Origin: Terriglobia bacterium
GTDB taxonomy: Bacteria; Acidobacteriota; Terriglobia; 20CM-2-55-15
Assembly (NCBI GenBank): GCA_963664115.2
Contig: CAXWPJ010000012.1
Coordinates: 448,001-512,000 of the forward strand
Direction: 5' to 3'
DNA length: 64,000 nucleotides
Part shown: piece by piece, positions 42,269-53,459 of the stretch
Position numbering within the stretch: the first letter of the stretch is position 1
How the letters are laid out: each line of letters opens with the position of its first letter
Translations under genes and position numbers: made by a program
Notes under the pieces: model-generated
What the model saw: only the letters and a program-made list of their open reading frames with translations
Database searches by the model: none
Told to the model about the DNA's origin: nothing

Positions 42269-43114
42269 ATGCAAAAGCAAATTGTTATCTCGATAACCTT
42301 GATGGTTGTACTACTGGCTGCGTCCCCGGTCGCGTTCGCTCAGACCTCGCAACCGCCTACCTGGCTGCCGTGTCCGCAGTGCATGAGCAACGAGGCGACG
42401 GCCGAAGCGCGCGCAGAGGCAGCCGACCTGTCCTTTGACGCTCGAGACCTGTCCGGCGTTTGGGGCCCGAAGCCCCGGACCGACCGGCAGCTGAGTGTAC
42501 CGCCACCCCCTTTCACACCCTTGGGACAAGAGAAGTACGATGCGAGCCGATCCGACGAAACGCCGGACGGGGAATCGATTTCCAATTCGAATGACCCGAT
42601 TCTGATCTGCGATCCGATGGGCTGGCCGCGCTTGTTCACATATAACTACGGTTTCGAGTTCGTCCAGATGCCTGACCGGATGTTCCAGTTCTTCGAGTGG
42701 GGCCATTCCTGGCGCACCGTGTGGACGGATGGGCGGGCACTTCTCGATGATCCGGATCCGCGGTGGTTGGGATATTCCGTGGGCCGGTGGGAGGGAGACG
42801 CCTTCGTTGTCGAGTCGAACGGCTTCGACGAGAGATCATGGGTCACTGAAGACCGGCAAGATCGTCGATTCGGGTATCCGCATACCGAAGATATGCGGCT
42901 AGAAGAACGTTACCGGCGGGTGAGCCATAACGAGATCGAGGCCACCCTGACCGTCATCGACCCCGAGACGTACACCGAGCCCTGGGTAACTACGAGCAGT
43001 ATCTTCCTGACCCCGGGGAGTGAGATCGGGGAGTATTTCTGCGTGCCATCCGATTCGCAATATTACAACAACCGGATATTGCTGCCCTCGCACGGCCTTC
43101 CTTCCGAGAATTAA
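42269..43114 (+). CDS. Secreted hypothetical protein next to a DUF6152-like gene
   Basis: Signal peptide; DLSGVW, DPILICDPMGWPR, GYSVGRWEGD, PHT. Confidence 0.7.
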   Translation: MQKQIVISITLMVVLLAASPVAFAQTSQPPTWLPCPQCMSNEATAEARAEAADLSFDARDLSGVWGPKPRTDRQLSVPPPPFTPLGQEKYDASRSDETPDGESISNSNDPILICDPMGWPRLFTYNYGFEFVQMPDRMFQFFEWGHSWRTVWTDGRALLDDPDPRWLGYSVGRWEGDAFVVESNGFDERSWVTEDRQDRRFGYPHTEDMRLEERYRRVSHNEIEATLTVIDPETYTEPWVTTSSIFLTPGSEIGEYFCVPSDSQYYNNRILLPSHGLPSEN

Positions 43115-43173
43115 AACGCGGCGTACCCGTTCGACATCAACATCCCCCGCGTTGGTGGCCGGCGCACGTCAGT

Positions 43174-44553
43174 TTATTCTGGCGCCGGGTCCCTCCAGCG
43201 TGCTCTCAAGGCGGCGCGGTCGACTCTCATCCCACGGATGTAGACGTCGGCGATTCGGCGTGTATTGGTGATGTCGTCGAGCGGGTTCGCGTCGAGCACT
43301 ATGAAGGACGCGCTCTTGCCCACGGCCAGGGTGCCGTGATCGGTCAGTCCCAGGATTTCGGCCGAGCTCTGCGTCGCGGCGACAATGACCTCGGCCGGGG
43401 TCAACCCGGCCACCACCAGGTCCTCCATCTCGATGTGTGCGGTCCAACCCACAGCGCTGTCGGTCCCAAAGCCAATTCGTACTCCCTCCGCTTTGAGCCT
43501 CCTTAGATTGGCAGCCTGGATGGCGAAAGGCTCCAGGGGTCTTGCGCGGTTGAAAGCCAGCGCCGACGTTCCGGTGTTGACTTCCTCCAGTATTCGTTCG
43601 AACGCTTCGGGCGGGTGAGCGTCTCTGATCCACGAAAGGTCCGGCATGACGCCTCAAGGCGGGAGGTTCGGTGTGAGGAATACTTCCGGCCGCTCCGTGA
43701 TCAACGCGACAAATTCATCATCAATCTCCTGGTCCCGCGCTCCGTGCGCCAACCCGTGGAGGCCCGCTCGCAGGAGTCCTTTCGCATCCGCCAGGTACCG
43801 GAGGTGGGCTAAGACGCGGAGACCGCGCCTGTCTGCCTCATCAATGATCGCTCCATACAGGGCTGGTGTCAGCGTCTCGCGGTCCCCCTCCCCGCCGCTG
43901 TCCACATAGATTTTTATCATGTCGACCTGTGCGGCGGCGTGCTCCTCGACGGCCCTTCGCACTTCCGCTTCGGTCGTGACGGAGGTACCCCGGATACCCC
44001 ATCCACCATCGCGATACAGTGCGGCACCCGGGACCGGGTTGTTCCGCATCTCGGATGACAGATCGCTTTCACCCGCTATTTGCAAGATTGCGCCCACGCC
44101 GAAGTAGGCCTGCCGCAGCAGCCCGTCGACAACAGATTCGCGCGTGACCCTGCGATCATCCGTTGCTGGTTGAGACTCCTCGAACGTCACCACGCCTCGC
44201 TGGAGATGCGTGAGGAGATGCACGTGGAGGTCGACGAGCGTGGGCATTACGGTCTTGCCGCTCAGGTCGACTCGAGCGGCTTCCGCCGGGACTTGCAGCT
44301 CCCCTCTTCGGCCCATCTCGGTGAAGCGATCATTTGCGACGATAAAAGCGGCGTCTTCGATGGCTTCGCTGCCATCCCCCACAATAAGCCGGGCTCCTTC
44401 GAACACAGTTACACTCGTGGTCTGGGCCGGGGGGCTTTCTACTTGCGGTGAACATGCCGTAACCAAGAGCAAACCAGCGACAAGCAGCAAGCGGAGCTCG
44501 ATCTTCGCCAATCGCTTCCAGAAGGATTCTCGCTTAGCGTTATGTTTTTTCAT
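43174..44553 (-). pseudogene. Amidohydrolase (imidazolonepropionase-like) lipoprotein with internal TGA
   Basis: DLHVH, FGTDS, GKSASF; the two ORFs join in frame as PNLPP-TGA(43654-56)-GVMPDLSW. Confidence 0.75.
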
Positions 44554-44701
44554 CGTCGGATCTCCCTCAACCAGAACGTCGGATGCGGTCGCCTGGGGGC
44601 TAAATGCTACCCCCACTCTTCTACGCAACGCAATACCGTAAAAACCCATAAGCAGGCAGGTGCTGCGTTCGACTCTCAACTTCAGATAATCTGATTTTCC
44701 T

Positions 44702-45625
44702 CTACAAGATGCTCTGTCCGAAGGAAGATAAAATCAGATCGACCGCAAGTTCTCCCGTCGTATTGTGATTATCTATGATGGGATTGAGTTCGACCATTTC
44801 CAGGCTCACCATGCGGCCGTCATCCGCAATCATTTCCATCAAAGTGTGCGCTTCACGAAAGTTGATTCCACCTCGGACGGGTGTGCCCACGCCAGGGGCA
44901 ATTTCCGGGTCGAGTCCGTCAAGATCAAAAGAAAGATGAAAGCCAGCTGTCCCATCATTGACGATGTCCAATACCTCCCGCATGACCTCGCCAATACCCC
45001 GTTCGTCGATTTCACGCATGGTAAATACGTGAATTCCCGATTGTTTGATGACTTCGCGTTCCTTGGGGTCAATCGCGCGGATACCGATCAATGCGGTGTT
45101 TTCTTTTTTTACTTTGGGAGAGAAACCATGGATGCCGGTGAGTTCCTGGGGACCGATCCCCAGCAATGCCGCCAAGGGCATGCCATGGATATTGCCGCTT
45201 GGTGATGTGTCTGGCGTATTCATGTCACCGTGGGCATCGATGTAAATAAGTCCTATGTTTTGATTTTTCTTCCGATAATGATTGGATATTCCACTGACCG
45301 TTCCTATGGCAATCGAATGGTCACCGCCCAACACAATCGGGAACGCGTTGGCGTCGATGATTGTTTCTACACGTTGAGCTAAAGAGTTACAGACCTTCAC
45401 AACTTCACGCTGGAATTTTAATCCCCGGCCGGGTGTTTTCGCCTCTGGAATTGGAACCGAAATATTGCCTTCGTAATTCACGTTGTTCCCTAGTCTGCGA
45501 AGGCCGGCGGCAAGGCCGGCGAAGCGAATGGCGGATGGGCCCATGTCGACGCCGCGACGTCCGGCGCCCAAATCCATAGGGACCCCTAAAATTCGTACTT
45601 CGTGATTTGTCGTGGTATTACTCAT
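44702..45625 (-). CDS. rocF: Arginase
   Basis: [37 protein letters not shown]. Confidence 0.92.
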   Translation of the reverse strand: MSNTTTNHEVRILGVPMDLGAGRRGVDMGPSAIRFAGLAAGLRRLGNNVNYEGNISVPIPEAKTPGRGLKFQREVVKVCNSLAQRVETIIDANAFPIVLGGDHSIAIGTVSGISNHYRKKNQNIGLIYIDAHGDMNTPDTSPSGNIHGMPLAALLGIGPQELTGIHGFSPKVKKENTALIGIRAIDPKEREVIKQSGIHVFTMREIDERGIGEVMREVLDIVNDGTAGFHLSFDLDGLDPEIAPGVGTPVRGGINFREAHTLMEMIADDGRMVSLEMVELNPIIDNHNTTGELAVDLILSSFGQSIL

Positions 45626-45658
45626 GATCAATACATCACCCGCTACCAAGTTGAAGCT

Positions 45659-45743
45659 TGATTTGTCGCTACCTTGAACTCGAACATCATGGCACCAGCA
45701 CCCGTTCCCTCAGTTCTTCAAACCTGTTCAGGATGACATCGAT
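45659..45743 (-). repeat. Array unit: kinase 3' stub plus degenerate half palindrome
   Basis: IDVILNRFEELRERVLVP* (stop 45687-89). Confidence 0.75.
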
Positions 45744-45909
45744 CTAAACGGCTTAGCAATCTTCACCGAGCGAACCCCTGGGAGGATGCCGGGAGTGCTG
45801 ACCGAAACCCGCTGCCGCTTACCCTCGAGAGTGAGCAGGCAGGAGCCGGCCATCCAGACCCGCTTCTCCCACGATGAAATCAGGATTCGAATAGACCTGT
45901 TGACGCAGC

Positions 45910-46668
45910 TCATCCACACCCGGGCGGCAGGATCTCGGCGTCGCCCAGATGGTGCAGGCGGTAGATGTCGCTCGCCGACGCCCACCTCAGACGGCAGATT
46001 TCCTCGGCGCGGTTCACGGCGCGGGCTTCGAGCTCGGGGGTGTCGAGGTATTTCGAAGCCAGTTCGATCTGGCGTTGGGAGTGTTCCTGGTCGGCCGCTT
46101 CGTGGGCAACGAAGAATTCGATGGCTGGCGAGTCCCTGTCAAAACCGTAATGGGTCGTCAAGGCGGGAATGGTGATCTCGGCGTTGAGTTGGGGCTGCTG
46201 CCCTTCCTGGGTGAACATGGCGGCAAGCGCCACGCCGATGGCTTCGAACTCGGCCATGTAACGGTAGAACAGGGTCCGCGCCCACCACGCCGGGGTCAGC
46301 TCCGTGGCGTCGATTTCCTCGCGCGTCATTCCGGCGGCGAGGCAGAAATTGTGCAGCATATCCATATGCTCATGGGGATCGTTGCCGATCTTGTCCATCA
46401 TGATAAGGCCCTCTTCTTCGGCCAGGTTTTCGATGCACATCTTTTTCACTTCCATCGGTCCGCGGGCATAAAGAAGGCCAAAGCTTTCAAGGGCCAGGAC
46501 GACAAACTTGGCGTGACAGGCCTGATGAATCGCAAGTGTCTTTATATCGAGCTTGCCTTCCGCGAGGGTGGTGAACAGCGGGTGCTGCTTGGTGTGCCAC
46601 TTGTCGCGGATGGCGATAATTCGATCGCCCACCGTTTTGCGGGCGTCGCCCGCCGTGTCCGGCCTCAT
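45910..46668 (-). CDS. TenA/PqqC/CADD heme-oxygenase-like diiron protein
   Basis: QHPLF, ENLAEEEG, HEH, FFVAHEAADQEH. Confidence 0.75.
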   Translation of the reverse strand: MRPDTAGDARKTVGDRIIAIRDKWHTKQHPLFTTLAEGKLDIKTLAIHQACHAKFVVLALESFGLLYARGPMEVKKMCIENLAEEEGLIMMDKIGNDPHEHMDMLHNFCLAAGMTREEIDATELTPAWWARTLFYRYMAEFEAIGVALAAMFTQEGQQPQLNAEITIPALTTHYGFDRDSPAIEFFVAHEAADQEHSQRQIELASKYLDTPELEARAVNRAEEICRLRWASASDIYRLHHLGDAEILPPGCG

Positions 46669-47144
46669 GATGACGATAACCTCCCCTACCCGATGGTCTG
46701 CCGATGCCGTCTACCGTGCTTATTCGATTTCACGCTCAAGGCACCCTATATACACATAATTCGGCGTCAACTATACCCTCTTCGCCGCCCCTGACCGTCC
46801 TGCTAAACCCCGCCAGCTGGCGCAGATCGTTCCGCCGGAATTCTTCGAGTCGCTCCTACGACGCCAGCAGCCCTGCCAGGGCCACTCATGAATTGATGCG
46901 GTACGGGAACCCGTCGACAAACGATATCGGTCTCACGGACATAAACGAGTCCTTTGAATTTGATGTATGCACCGCAGTTTTCATGTCATACGATTCCGTC
47001 GGAGTTTCGTGCCGGATTCCATATTCAAAGTGTGCAATTAAGGACGCTATGTAAATTTAGCTAATCGGTACAAGAGGTGAGGGTTATTGGCAAGAAAATC
47101 GTCGATGACAGACCTGCGACCATTTCTCAAGGTCCGACAAGATG

Positions 47145-48392
47145 ATTCAGATCAACCGGTCGATGCAACACCTGCGTTTAATGTCTCTGCCGGATTAGCG
47201 AAGTCCAGCGTCTCACGAGGTCGCCCGTTGAGCTTCCTTGCGATCATATCCAAATGCTCCTGTGAGTGAACCGACAAGTCCGTACCTTTAGGGAATACTG
47301 TCGGAGCAAACCGTTCGTGTTTTCGTTCGAACCCCGTTGCCAGGGACTCCTCGGATCGCAAAAGTAAACGGCAATGTCGGTGGCCAGAGTGAACCGTTTG
47401 TGATTGGCCATTTCCAATCCGCGATCCCAGGTCAGTGTTTTATAGAGTTCGGTCGGGAGTTTGTCTGCGTGTTCGATCAGCGCGTTGATGACGGTTTCGG
47501 TTTCCTTATTCGGAACCTTCACCCGCATCACGTACCGGGAGAAACGTTCGACCAATGTCGCAATGTAGGTGTTGTTCGAACCCGCTATGAGATCCCCTTC
47601 CCAGTGTCCGGGGACCGCGCGATCTTCAACCGAAGCCGGGCGCTCACGGATCGATATCAGATCCGGGATCTGCCCGCCACCCCGGCCTTTGCGACTGGCA
47701 TGCCGGGACCGGCGAATCGTGCGTTTGGTCCGTAGATGCTGTGTCAGTTCTTTCTTCAGAGCCCCGCGGGCCTGGATGAAAAGGCTGCGATAGATCGTTT
47801 CGTGTGACACGTAAAGTGACTCGTCGTCTGGATATTCGCGTTTCAGCCAACCCGCAATCTGTCGCGGTGCCCAATCCTCCCGGAGCTTCTCTTCGACGAT
47901 CCCGCGTAAGCTGGGATAGCGGATCAGTCGACATCTCTTCGGGCGGTGAGCCCGTTCCCATGCGCGTTCATCCGCCTCCAACGCTCGATAGTTATCATAG
48001 CCCCCATTGCGACCGATCTCCCGACTGACTGTGGAGGGTGCACGCGACAGCGAGGCGGCAATTGAACGGATCGATCCCTTGGCGGCAATGCCTCGGGAAA
48101 TCTCTTCACGCTCGGCGAGGGTCAGCGCCCGCTTAGAGCGGCATCGTGTCCTGGGACAGATTCCACCATACGGTGCGATCTGACCATAAACCGAAGAGCC
48201 CTCCTTTCCGAACACACGTCCGATCGCTTTTAGACTCTCTCCCCGCTGCCAGCGAATCCACACCTCGTCTATATCGGCGAGTGTGTAGCCTCGCCGCACC
48301 CGGTCTTTACTCTGTTTCTTCCGTCGTTTCTTACGCATACACTCCACCTCCTCCTTTTAGGTACAGTGTTGCATCGATCTGTTGAGACCACC
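47145..48392 (-). mobile_element. IS30-family insertion sequence
   Basis: Subterminal IRs TCAACCGGTCGATGCAACAC / GTGTTGCATCGATCTGTTGA; duplication TG (or TGATT). Confidence 0.8.
47152..48347 (-). pseudogene. IS30 transposase with a 1-bp frameshift near the C-terminus
   Basis: [30 protein letters not shown], then FPKGTDL continues in another frame near 47295. Confidence 0.8.
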
Positions 48393-48553
48393 TGATTTGT
48401 CGGAACTTGAACTCGAAAATCACGGGACCGGCACCCGTTCCTTCAGTTCTTCAATCAAATTCAGGACGATGTTGATTTGGGGTGTCGTTGGATCAGCAAA
48501 TATGCAAGCCGTGTTAGGATGCATTGAACGAAAACAAAGTTTCGGAGAAGACG

Positions 48554-49084
48554 ATGCACCACGTTTTTCTGTTGATTGCCGCTTTGGTGATCGCTGCTTC
48601 GCCCGCAAAGGGCGCAGCCCAATGGCAGGAATATGTTTATCCAGAAGACCGCTTCGCGATTCAGTTTCAATCCGAGCCGAGCCTACGGACCGCCCCTTAC
48701 GAAACGACGATCACTTCGGACCTCTCGGCAAAAGTCTACTCGCTCGAATTCGAGAACATTCTGTTCGAAGCGACGGTGGTCGAACTCGACGGCCTGATAG
48801 AAAACGGCGCAAACTTCGTTAGCGAAGTAGCTTACAATCTTCAGCGCGCGGGCGATGTCATCTCCAACGATTTTCCGCGCGTGGGCTTTCAGGGGAACCC
48901 GACCTTTGGGATGACCATTGTGGTAGACACCGAAGACGGGCGGCGGATTCGTTCATCCTCCTACGTTGCGAATGGCAGGTTCTACAAGATAGACGCGATT
49001 GTGCTCCCTGCGCGCGGCGACAAAGATCAGGCCGTGCCGTCTCGCTTCGATCAAACGCTGCGATTTGACGTCGAGCGTCCTTAG
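48554..49084 (+). CDS. Secreted hypothetical protein
   Basis: ATG after GGAG; signal peptide then QWQEYVYPEDRFAIQF; resembles 60241. Confidence 0.7.
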   Translation: MHHVFLLIAALVIAASPAKGAAQWQEYVYPEDRFAIQFQSEPSLRTAPYETTITSDLSAKVYSLEFENILFEATVVELDGLIENGANFVSEVAYNLQRAGDVISNDFPRVGFQGNPTFGMTIVVDTEDGRRIRSSSYVANGRFYKIDAIVLPARGDKDQAVPSRFDQTLRFDVERP

Positions 49085-49476
49085 CCGCAACCACGGTTTG
49101 AGCATACTTCGCGCCCATCGGGGAGCGTCGCACTCATGAGCTGCCCGCCGCGCGAGCCGTCCCTCATCGGGCGAAACCCCACGGTAATTTCTGTGCCTGG
49201 CTGGAAATCATCCCGGCTCCAGCCCAGTCGCGCCAATTGAATGATGCTTCCGCCCTCGAACGCCCATGTCGTCACGTTGCCATTCTCGTCGGTGAAGTCG
49301 ACATGCAGCCAGGCATGCGGATTGATCCACTCGAATTCGTTTACCTTTCCCGTTTGCAAGGTCAGTTGAGTTTGGTCGAATAGTCGGGTCGAATGATGCG
49401 CAAGAACGGGGAATGTAAGCAAAAGAATACAAGCGATGGCGCCAATGGCGGTGCGACGATATGTTTCCATATTCAT
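49081..49476 (-). CDS. DUF6152-like secreted protein
   Basis: Signal-AHHS, WINPH, WAFEG, PGTEITV. Confidence 0.75.
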   Translation of the reverse strand: MNMETYRRTAIGAIACILLLTFPVLAHHSTRLFDQTQLTLQTGKVNEFEWINPHAWLHVDFTDENGNVTTWAFEGGSIIQLARLGWSRDDFQPGTEITVGFRPMRDGSRGGQLMSATLPDGREVCSNRGCG

Positions 49477-49978
49477 TCCTCCAAAGCTAATTCATACTAT
49501 CTCGAACCGTAAGTTTTTGCGAATCTGTTGCGCTGATTGGCGACGGAATGACTTCCGTCTTCCTCTGGTCGCACAAATAAAGGCCAAACCGCAACTAACC
49601 TGTTGGAACCCAAACTCAATGATCAAACTTATTTGAGCGAGTGATAAAACTTGCGATGGAAGGCAACATGGTGGCAGTGAAAGGACTCTTGAACGTATGG
49701 ATGGCAGCGTTGAGAACACTGTCGAGCAGATTTTCCGGCTTGTCATATGACAGGTAGCGAACGACTCCCGGGCTAAGGTGCCATTTCGGCCATACCCTAC
49801 GCCGAAGCCAGCCAATGCCCGGGACTGAACCCTCTCGAAATCCAGCGATTTCGCGGAAAACTGACAGGCCATCAGTGAATTCAAGCGATTTGATCTTTGT
49901 GGAATCAATCATTAACAGGTTGCGCCGTCGTCGCGCCATGCAAAAGTGAACTCAGGAGGAAAGAAGGAAGCAGTTGCT

Positions 49979-50012
49979 TTATGGAACCGGCACCCGTTCC
50001 TTCAGTTCTTCA
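49979..50012 (-). repeat. Isolated kinase 3' stub
   Basis: EELKERVPVP*. Confidence 0.7.
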
Positions 50013-50145
50013 ACACATCAGAGAACGACTGGCCTACTTTTAAGGGGTAAAATCGCGACGGTTTTGTTCGACCGTCATCAACTCAAAGCTAAAGACTTCT
50101 TGATCCTCCGGATCTACTGTCACACGGATCCAGTGCGTGTCTAGA

Positions 50146-51992
50146 CCCAAAACAAGCGCATAACCAGTCCGCCGAGGCCCAGTTCGCGCCGATAGAATTC
50201 GAGGCATAGAATCCCGTTCCCGGATGGCCTGTTCCAGGTATCGAGTTTCTGTTGAATCTGTTTCAGTTCAGCCTCGCTGGTGTTGGACGGTTGACAGAAA
50301 CCGGGACCTCGATCGCCCGGGCTCAGAGTCATGATCGGGTCAACATCGCAGAGGCTGACGCAACACATCCACCCCGCGGAACAAGACCGGCAACCACCGG
50401 TTCCAGGCCAGGATCCGGAACAGAATGCGCCGCCCGGTGCGCACGAGTTGGCACGGCACAAGCATGAAAGCGTTCAAGAAGGTTTTGAACTCCATGCGCA
50501 GCACGGTTTGCTTCTCAGCCTGATATTTTTGGCCCCAACGTCCGGTTTCGGGAAGCAGCAATGCAAACCACGCTTTCAGTGTCCAGGCCAGTGACGCGAT
50601 CACCATGTAGGCCCAGTTGCTGGTCTGATCTCCGACCGGCATCCGCAACGCCTGAACGCCGTTCTTCAACTGCTCAATGAGATTCTCCTGATTGCACCGT
50701 TGATTGGCACGCATCACAATCTGGTCGGCCGGATCCGAACGGTTGGTAATGTAGAAGAAGTACCGGATGTCGTCAAACAACACCTGCTCTCCTTTGGCCA
50801 CCGACAGATTCTTCCGCACCACGACGACACGGTAGTCCCGATCGCAGGCTCCGGGTCGATACCGAAACTCGGCCACATCCTCACCCTGCAAGCGGATATT
50901 GTCGAAACCGCGCTGCCGAACGATCTCTTCCTTCACGTTGTCGGGACGTTGGCGCGGTTCGGTCGCCACGTCGTATTTCGCGGGCCGTTCCAGGCGCTTC
51001 CACTGGCGCGGCTCCAGTTCATCGGCCCGGGCCTTCAGGTTCGCCATCGCGTCAATCCCGAATATGAAACCCACCTGCTGGTCGTCCCATCCGTCCAGAT
51101 GCCGGGTCTGGCTGAAGTCCGTGTCCCCGCGCAGCAGGATCTGGCGAAACCCCGCATGCCGGCACAATGCGATGGCTTGGTCGAACCGGACCGCGGCTCC
51201 TTCATGCGACGGCCGGTTGCCGCTACGATTGACCAGATACAGCGGTTCGGCGGTGTTGGCCAGCGAGATCATCAGCGGGTGATATCCCCACGTCCCGTCG
51301 TAGGCCACGTCCATCCCTTGCTTGCATTCCCCCGTGGTTTCGGCCAGTGTCCCGTCCGCGTCCAACACCGCTTCTTCGAAAAACGCCGCCGGTTGCTGTC
51401 GCCAGACTCCGAGCCGGACTTGATTGGTTGCCTCCATCAGACACTCCACGTCGTCGGCCTCGAATCTCCGGCAGAAGTCTCCCGCCGTCGTCGGATCCGG
51501 AATCCGTTGCGCTCCCAGCGCATCCAGATACACCGCATCGTTGCGCCGCAGTTCGATGTCTTCCAGGCACGTTCCTCCGCTCAAGGCGTTGTAGGCGATG
51601 TTCAGCACGTGATCCGACTCGTGATACGGCAGGTGCCGCTTCAACACATGCACGCCCTTGTCGATGGCTTCGATCAGCCCGGTCCGCCGCGCCACCAGTT
51701 GCATCGTCCCGATACCACCAACCGATGTGCCCCGCGTCCGCTCTCCCATCTCGTACTGAATGTTGCTCGCCGAAAACATCGGCTCTACCTGATCCGTCCA
51801 ATGCCGGTCCCCAAGCCGACGTTCGATTCGCCGCTTGCGGTTCCTCATGTTCTTGCGCGTATAATCGTTCATCTGAAATGCCTCCTTTTCCGAAGAATCT
51901 GTTCAAGGTTTTTTTCGCACGGAGAGGGGGCATTTCGGGTACTTCCGCTCTTATTGCACTATCATTTCCTCGTCAATCACGCTTGTTCAGGG
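50146..51992 (-). mobile_element. IS1380-family insertion sequence, copy 2
   Basis: Same IRs and length as copy 1; duplication TCTAGA at 50140-45 and 51993-98. Confidence 0.9.
50340..51872 (-). CDS. IS1380-family DDE transposase
   Basis: Protein identical to 5747..7279. Confidence 0.9.
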   Translation of the reverse strand: MNDYTRKNMRNRKRRIERRLGDRHWTDQVEPMFSASNIQYEMGERTRGTSVGGIGTMQLVARRTGLIEAIDKGVHVLKRHLPYHESDHVLNIAYNALSGGTCLEDIELRRNDAVYLDALGAQRIPDPTTAGDFCRRFEADDVECLMEATNQVRLGVWRQQPAAFFEEAVLDADGTLAETTGECKQGMDVAYDGTWGYHPLMISLANTAEPLYLVNRSGNRPSHEGAAVRFDQAIALCRHAGFRQILLRGDTDFSQTRHLDGWDDQQVGFIFGIDAMANLKARADELEPRQWKRLERPAKYDVATEPRQRPDNVKEEIVRQRGFDNIRLQGEDVAEFRYRPGACDRDYRVVVVRKNLSVAKGEQVLFDDIRYFFYITNRSDPADQIVMRANQRCNQENLIEQLKNGVQALRMPVGDQTSNWAYMVIASLAWTLKAWFALLLPETGRWGQKYQAEKQTVLRMEFKTFLNAFMLVPCQLVRTGRRILFRILAWNRWLPVLFRGVDVLRQPLRC

Positions 51993-52100
51993 TCTAGAGC
52001 CCCAAAGGTCTCAACGCGAGTGAAATTTTCCACGGTCCGGCTTGCGCCGCCAGTCTGCGATGACAGCGGCTGGTCGACGCGTCGCGCGGCTCACGAGCAA

Positions 52101-53132
52101 CTACCCGATAGCCAGCTTCAGGAGCCGCTCCGCGTTCTTGTACAGGATCAACTCTTTCTCGGCTTCGCTGGTATTGGAAAGAGCCACAGCGTTCAAATTC
52201 CTCCAATGTGTGGAGCCCGCAGTGGTCGCATCCGCCCGTTCTGTTTCAAGTGCTGCGATGTCGTAGGGATTCAAACGTGTCCAGTTCGCGCCGAACAGAA
52301 CTCTGTCCGGTCCCATATACTTCACCGCCGCATCTATGAGCTCCACGGGAGCCCGACCGATTTCCAGATGTAGATTCCGATACGAACCGCTCAAGACGAC
52401 GGCGTCCCATCCTCCCCCGTGGGCATAATCCGCGCCCCCAGCGTCCCCGATGATCATGTTCACTCTGGGAAACTTGGCGGCGAGTATCCCAACGTTCCCG
52501 ATCTCCCGTTCAGCGCCGGGCCCGGCTCTCGTCCCAAAGAAGACAGGGACATCCAACGATTCCGCTACCTCCATCGTGGGGTAGTACTCTTCCAAGTTCA
52601 CCTCGTTACGCAAACCAGTGACATTCAGTTCCCCGATTCCCTTTGCCCCCGCTTGCAGTCTGCTGTGCACCTGCTCAGCCGCTCTCTGCGGATCCGAAAA
52701 GTCATAGCCGTCCGGCGGGGTCCACATGAACAGCCGATCTGGAGGCAATCCGGCAATCGTTCGAAGGTCATCTTCATACGAGATCCCATTCCGCACGGAC
52801 GCCTTGGACTTCGCGAGCATCGCCCTTCCGATTCCGTGAATGTTCATGGAGCGAATCAAGTTTTCAGCCCGCTCCGGCCCTGGGCGACTGCCGATATGAC
52901 AGTGGATGTCAATGACCTTTCGCTCGATCACCGCGCGCAACCTTTGCCATGGCCCGACAAACAACTGGACCAAATCCTCTCTGGTAATTTGGGGTACTGC
53001 GCCAGGCTGCGGAACACTGCCAGGATATTGAGCCCATGCGGAAGATTCGAAGGCAGCAAGACCCAGGGTTCCTAGACATGAAATGCTTCCCGCTTTCTTC
53101 AGGAAGTCTCTGCGCATTAGTTCGTTACCCAT
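52101..53132 (-). CDS. Amidohydrolase_2 family metallohydrolase, Tat-exported
   Basis: MRRDFLK Tat motif, IDIHCH, KGIGEL, DRVLFGAN. Confidence 0.75.
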   Translation of the reverse strand: MGNELMRRDFLKKAGSISCLGTLGLAAFESSAWAQYPGSVPQPGAVPQITREDLVQLFVGPWQRLRAVIERKVIDIHCHIGSRPGPERAENLIRSMNIHGIGRAMLAKSKASVRNGISYEDDLRTIAGLPPDRLFMWTPPDGYDFSDPQRAAEQVHSRLQAGAKGIGELNVTGLRNEVNLEEYYPTMEVAESLDVPVFFGTRAGPGAEREIGNVGILAAKFPRVNMIIGDAGGADYAHGGGWDAVVLSGSYRNLHLEIGRAPVELIDAAVKYMGPDRVLFGANWTRLNPYDIAALETERADATTAGSTHWRNLNAVALSNTSEAEKELILYKNAERLLKLAIG

Positions 53133-53264
53133 GGTGATAATCCTCTCTTAGCTAGGCCGGAATTTTTATTGTGATCTTCATCTTCACACGGAAACCTGTG
53201 CCTCAGACCCTGTCGATCTCGCACCGGCAGAAGCGTGTCCGAAGCTAGAGAATATCCGAACCAC

Positions 53265-53392
53265 CAATCGGTCAGGAAGTGATACATGCCGAGGACGTTC
53301 TCGTCGATCCAATCGCAGTCCCCCCAGTGACTGTACTCTTCCATCTTGATGTTTCGTAGCATGTCCTCCAGCGTCTGGCCCGAAGCAATGCC
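53265..53392 (-). pseudogene. C-terminal remnant, probably of an MBL-fold hydrolase
   Basis: GIASGQTLEDMLRNIKMEEYSHW..DWIDENVLGMYHFLTD resembles cyclase-type MBL C-termini. Confidence 0.45.
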
Positions 53393-53459
53393 ATAGTCGT
53401 CAGCCCCTGCTTATATCGCTTTTCCGCCCGGAACTATGCCATGGCAGGTTTAGTCAGGT

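Larger units (their letters stand above)
47002..48497 (-). repeat. Array unit (3' stub, palindrome, promoter region, MESGTKL stub) split by IS30
   Basis: PQINIVLNLIEELKERVPVP* at 48420; ATG GAA TCC GGC ACG AAA CTC at 47022. Confidence 0.8.

Noticed and set aside
43654-43656. In-frame TGA in the amidohydrolase as a second selenocysteine
   Set aside because: No redox or Cys motif. The context LPP-x-GV fits CGA(Arg) mutated to TGA, so it is treated as a nonsense mutation.
49492-49939. ORFs of 138 and 107 aa
   Set aside because: No recognisable motif or RBS; left uncalled.
5553-51992. Composite transposon bounded by the two IS1380 copies
   Set aside because: Each copy has its own distinct target duplication (ACTAGT versus TCTAGA), so they are independent insertions.
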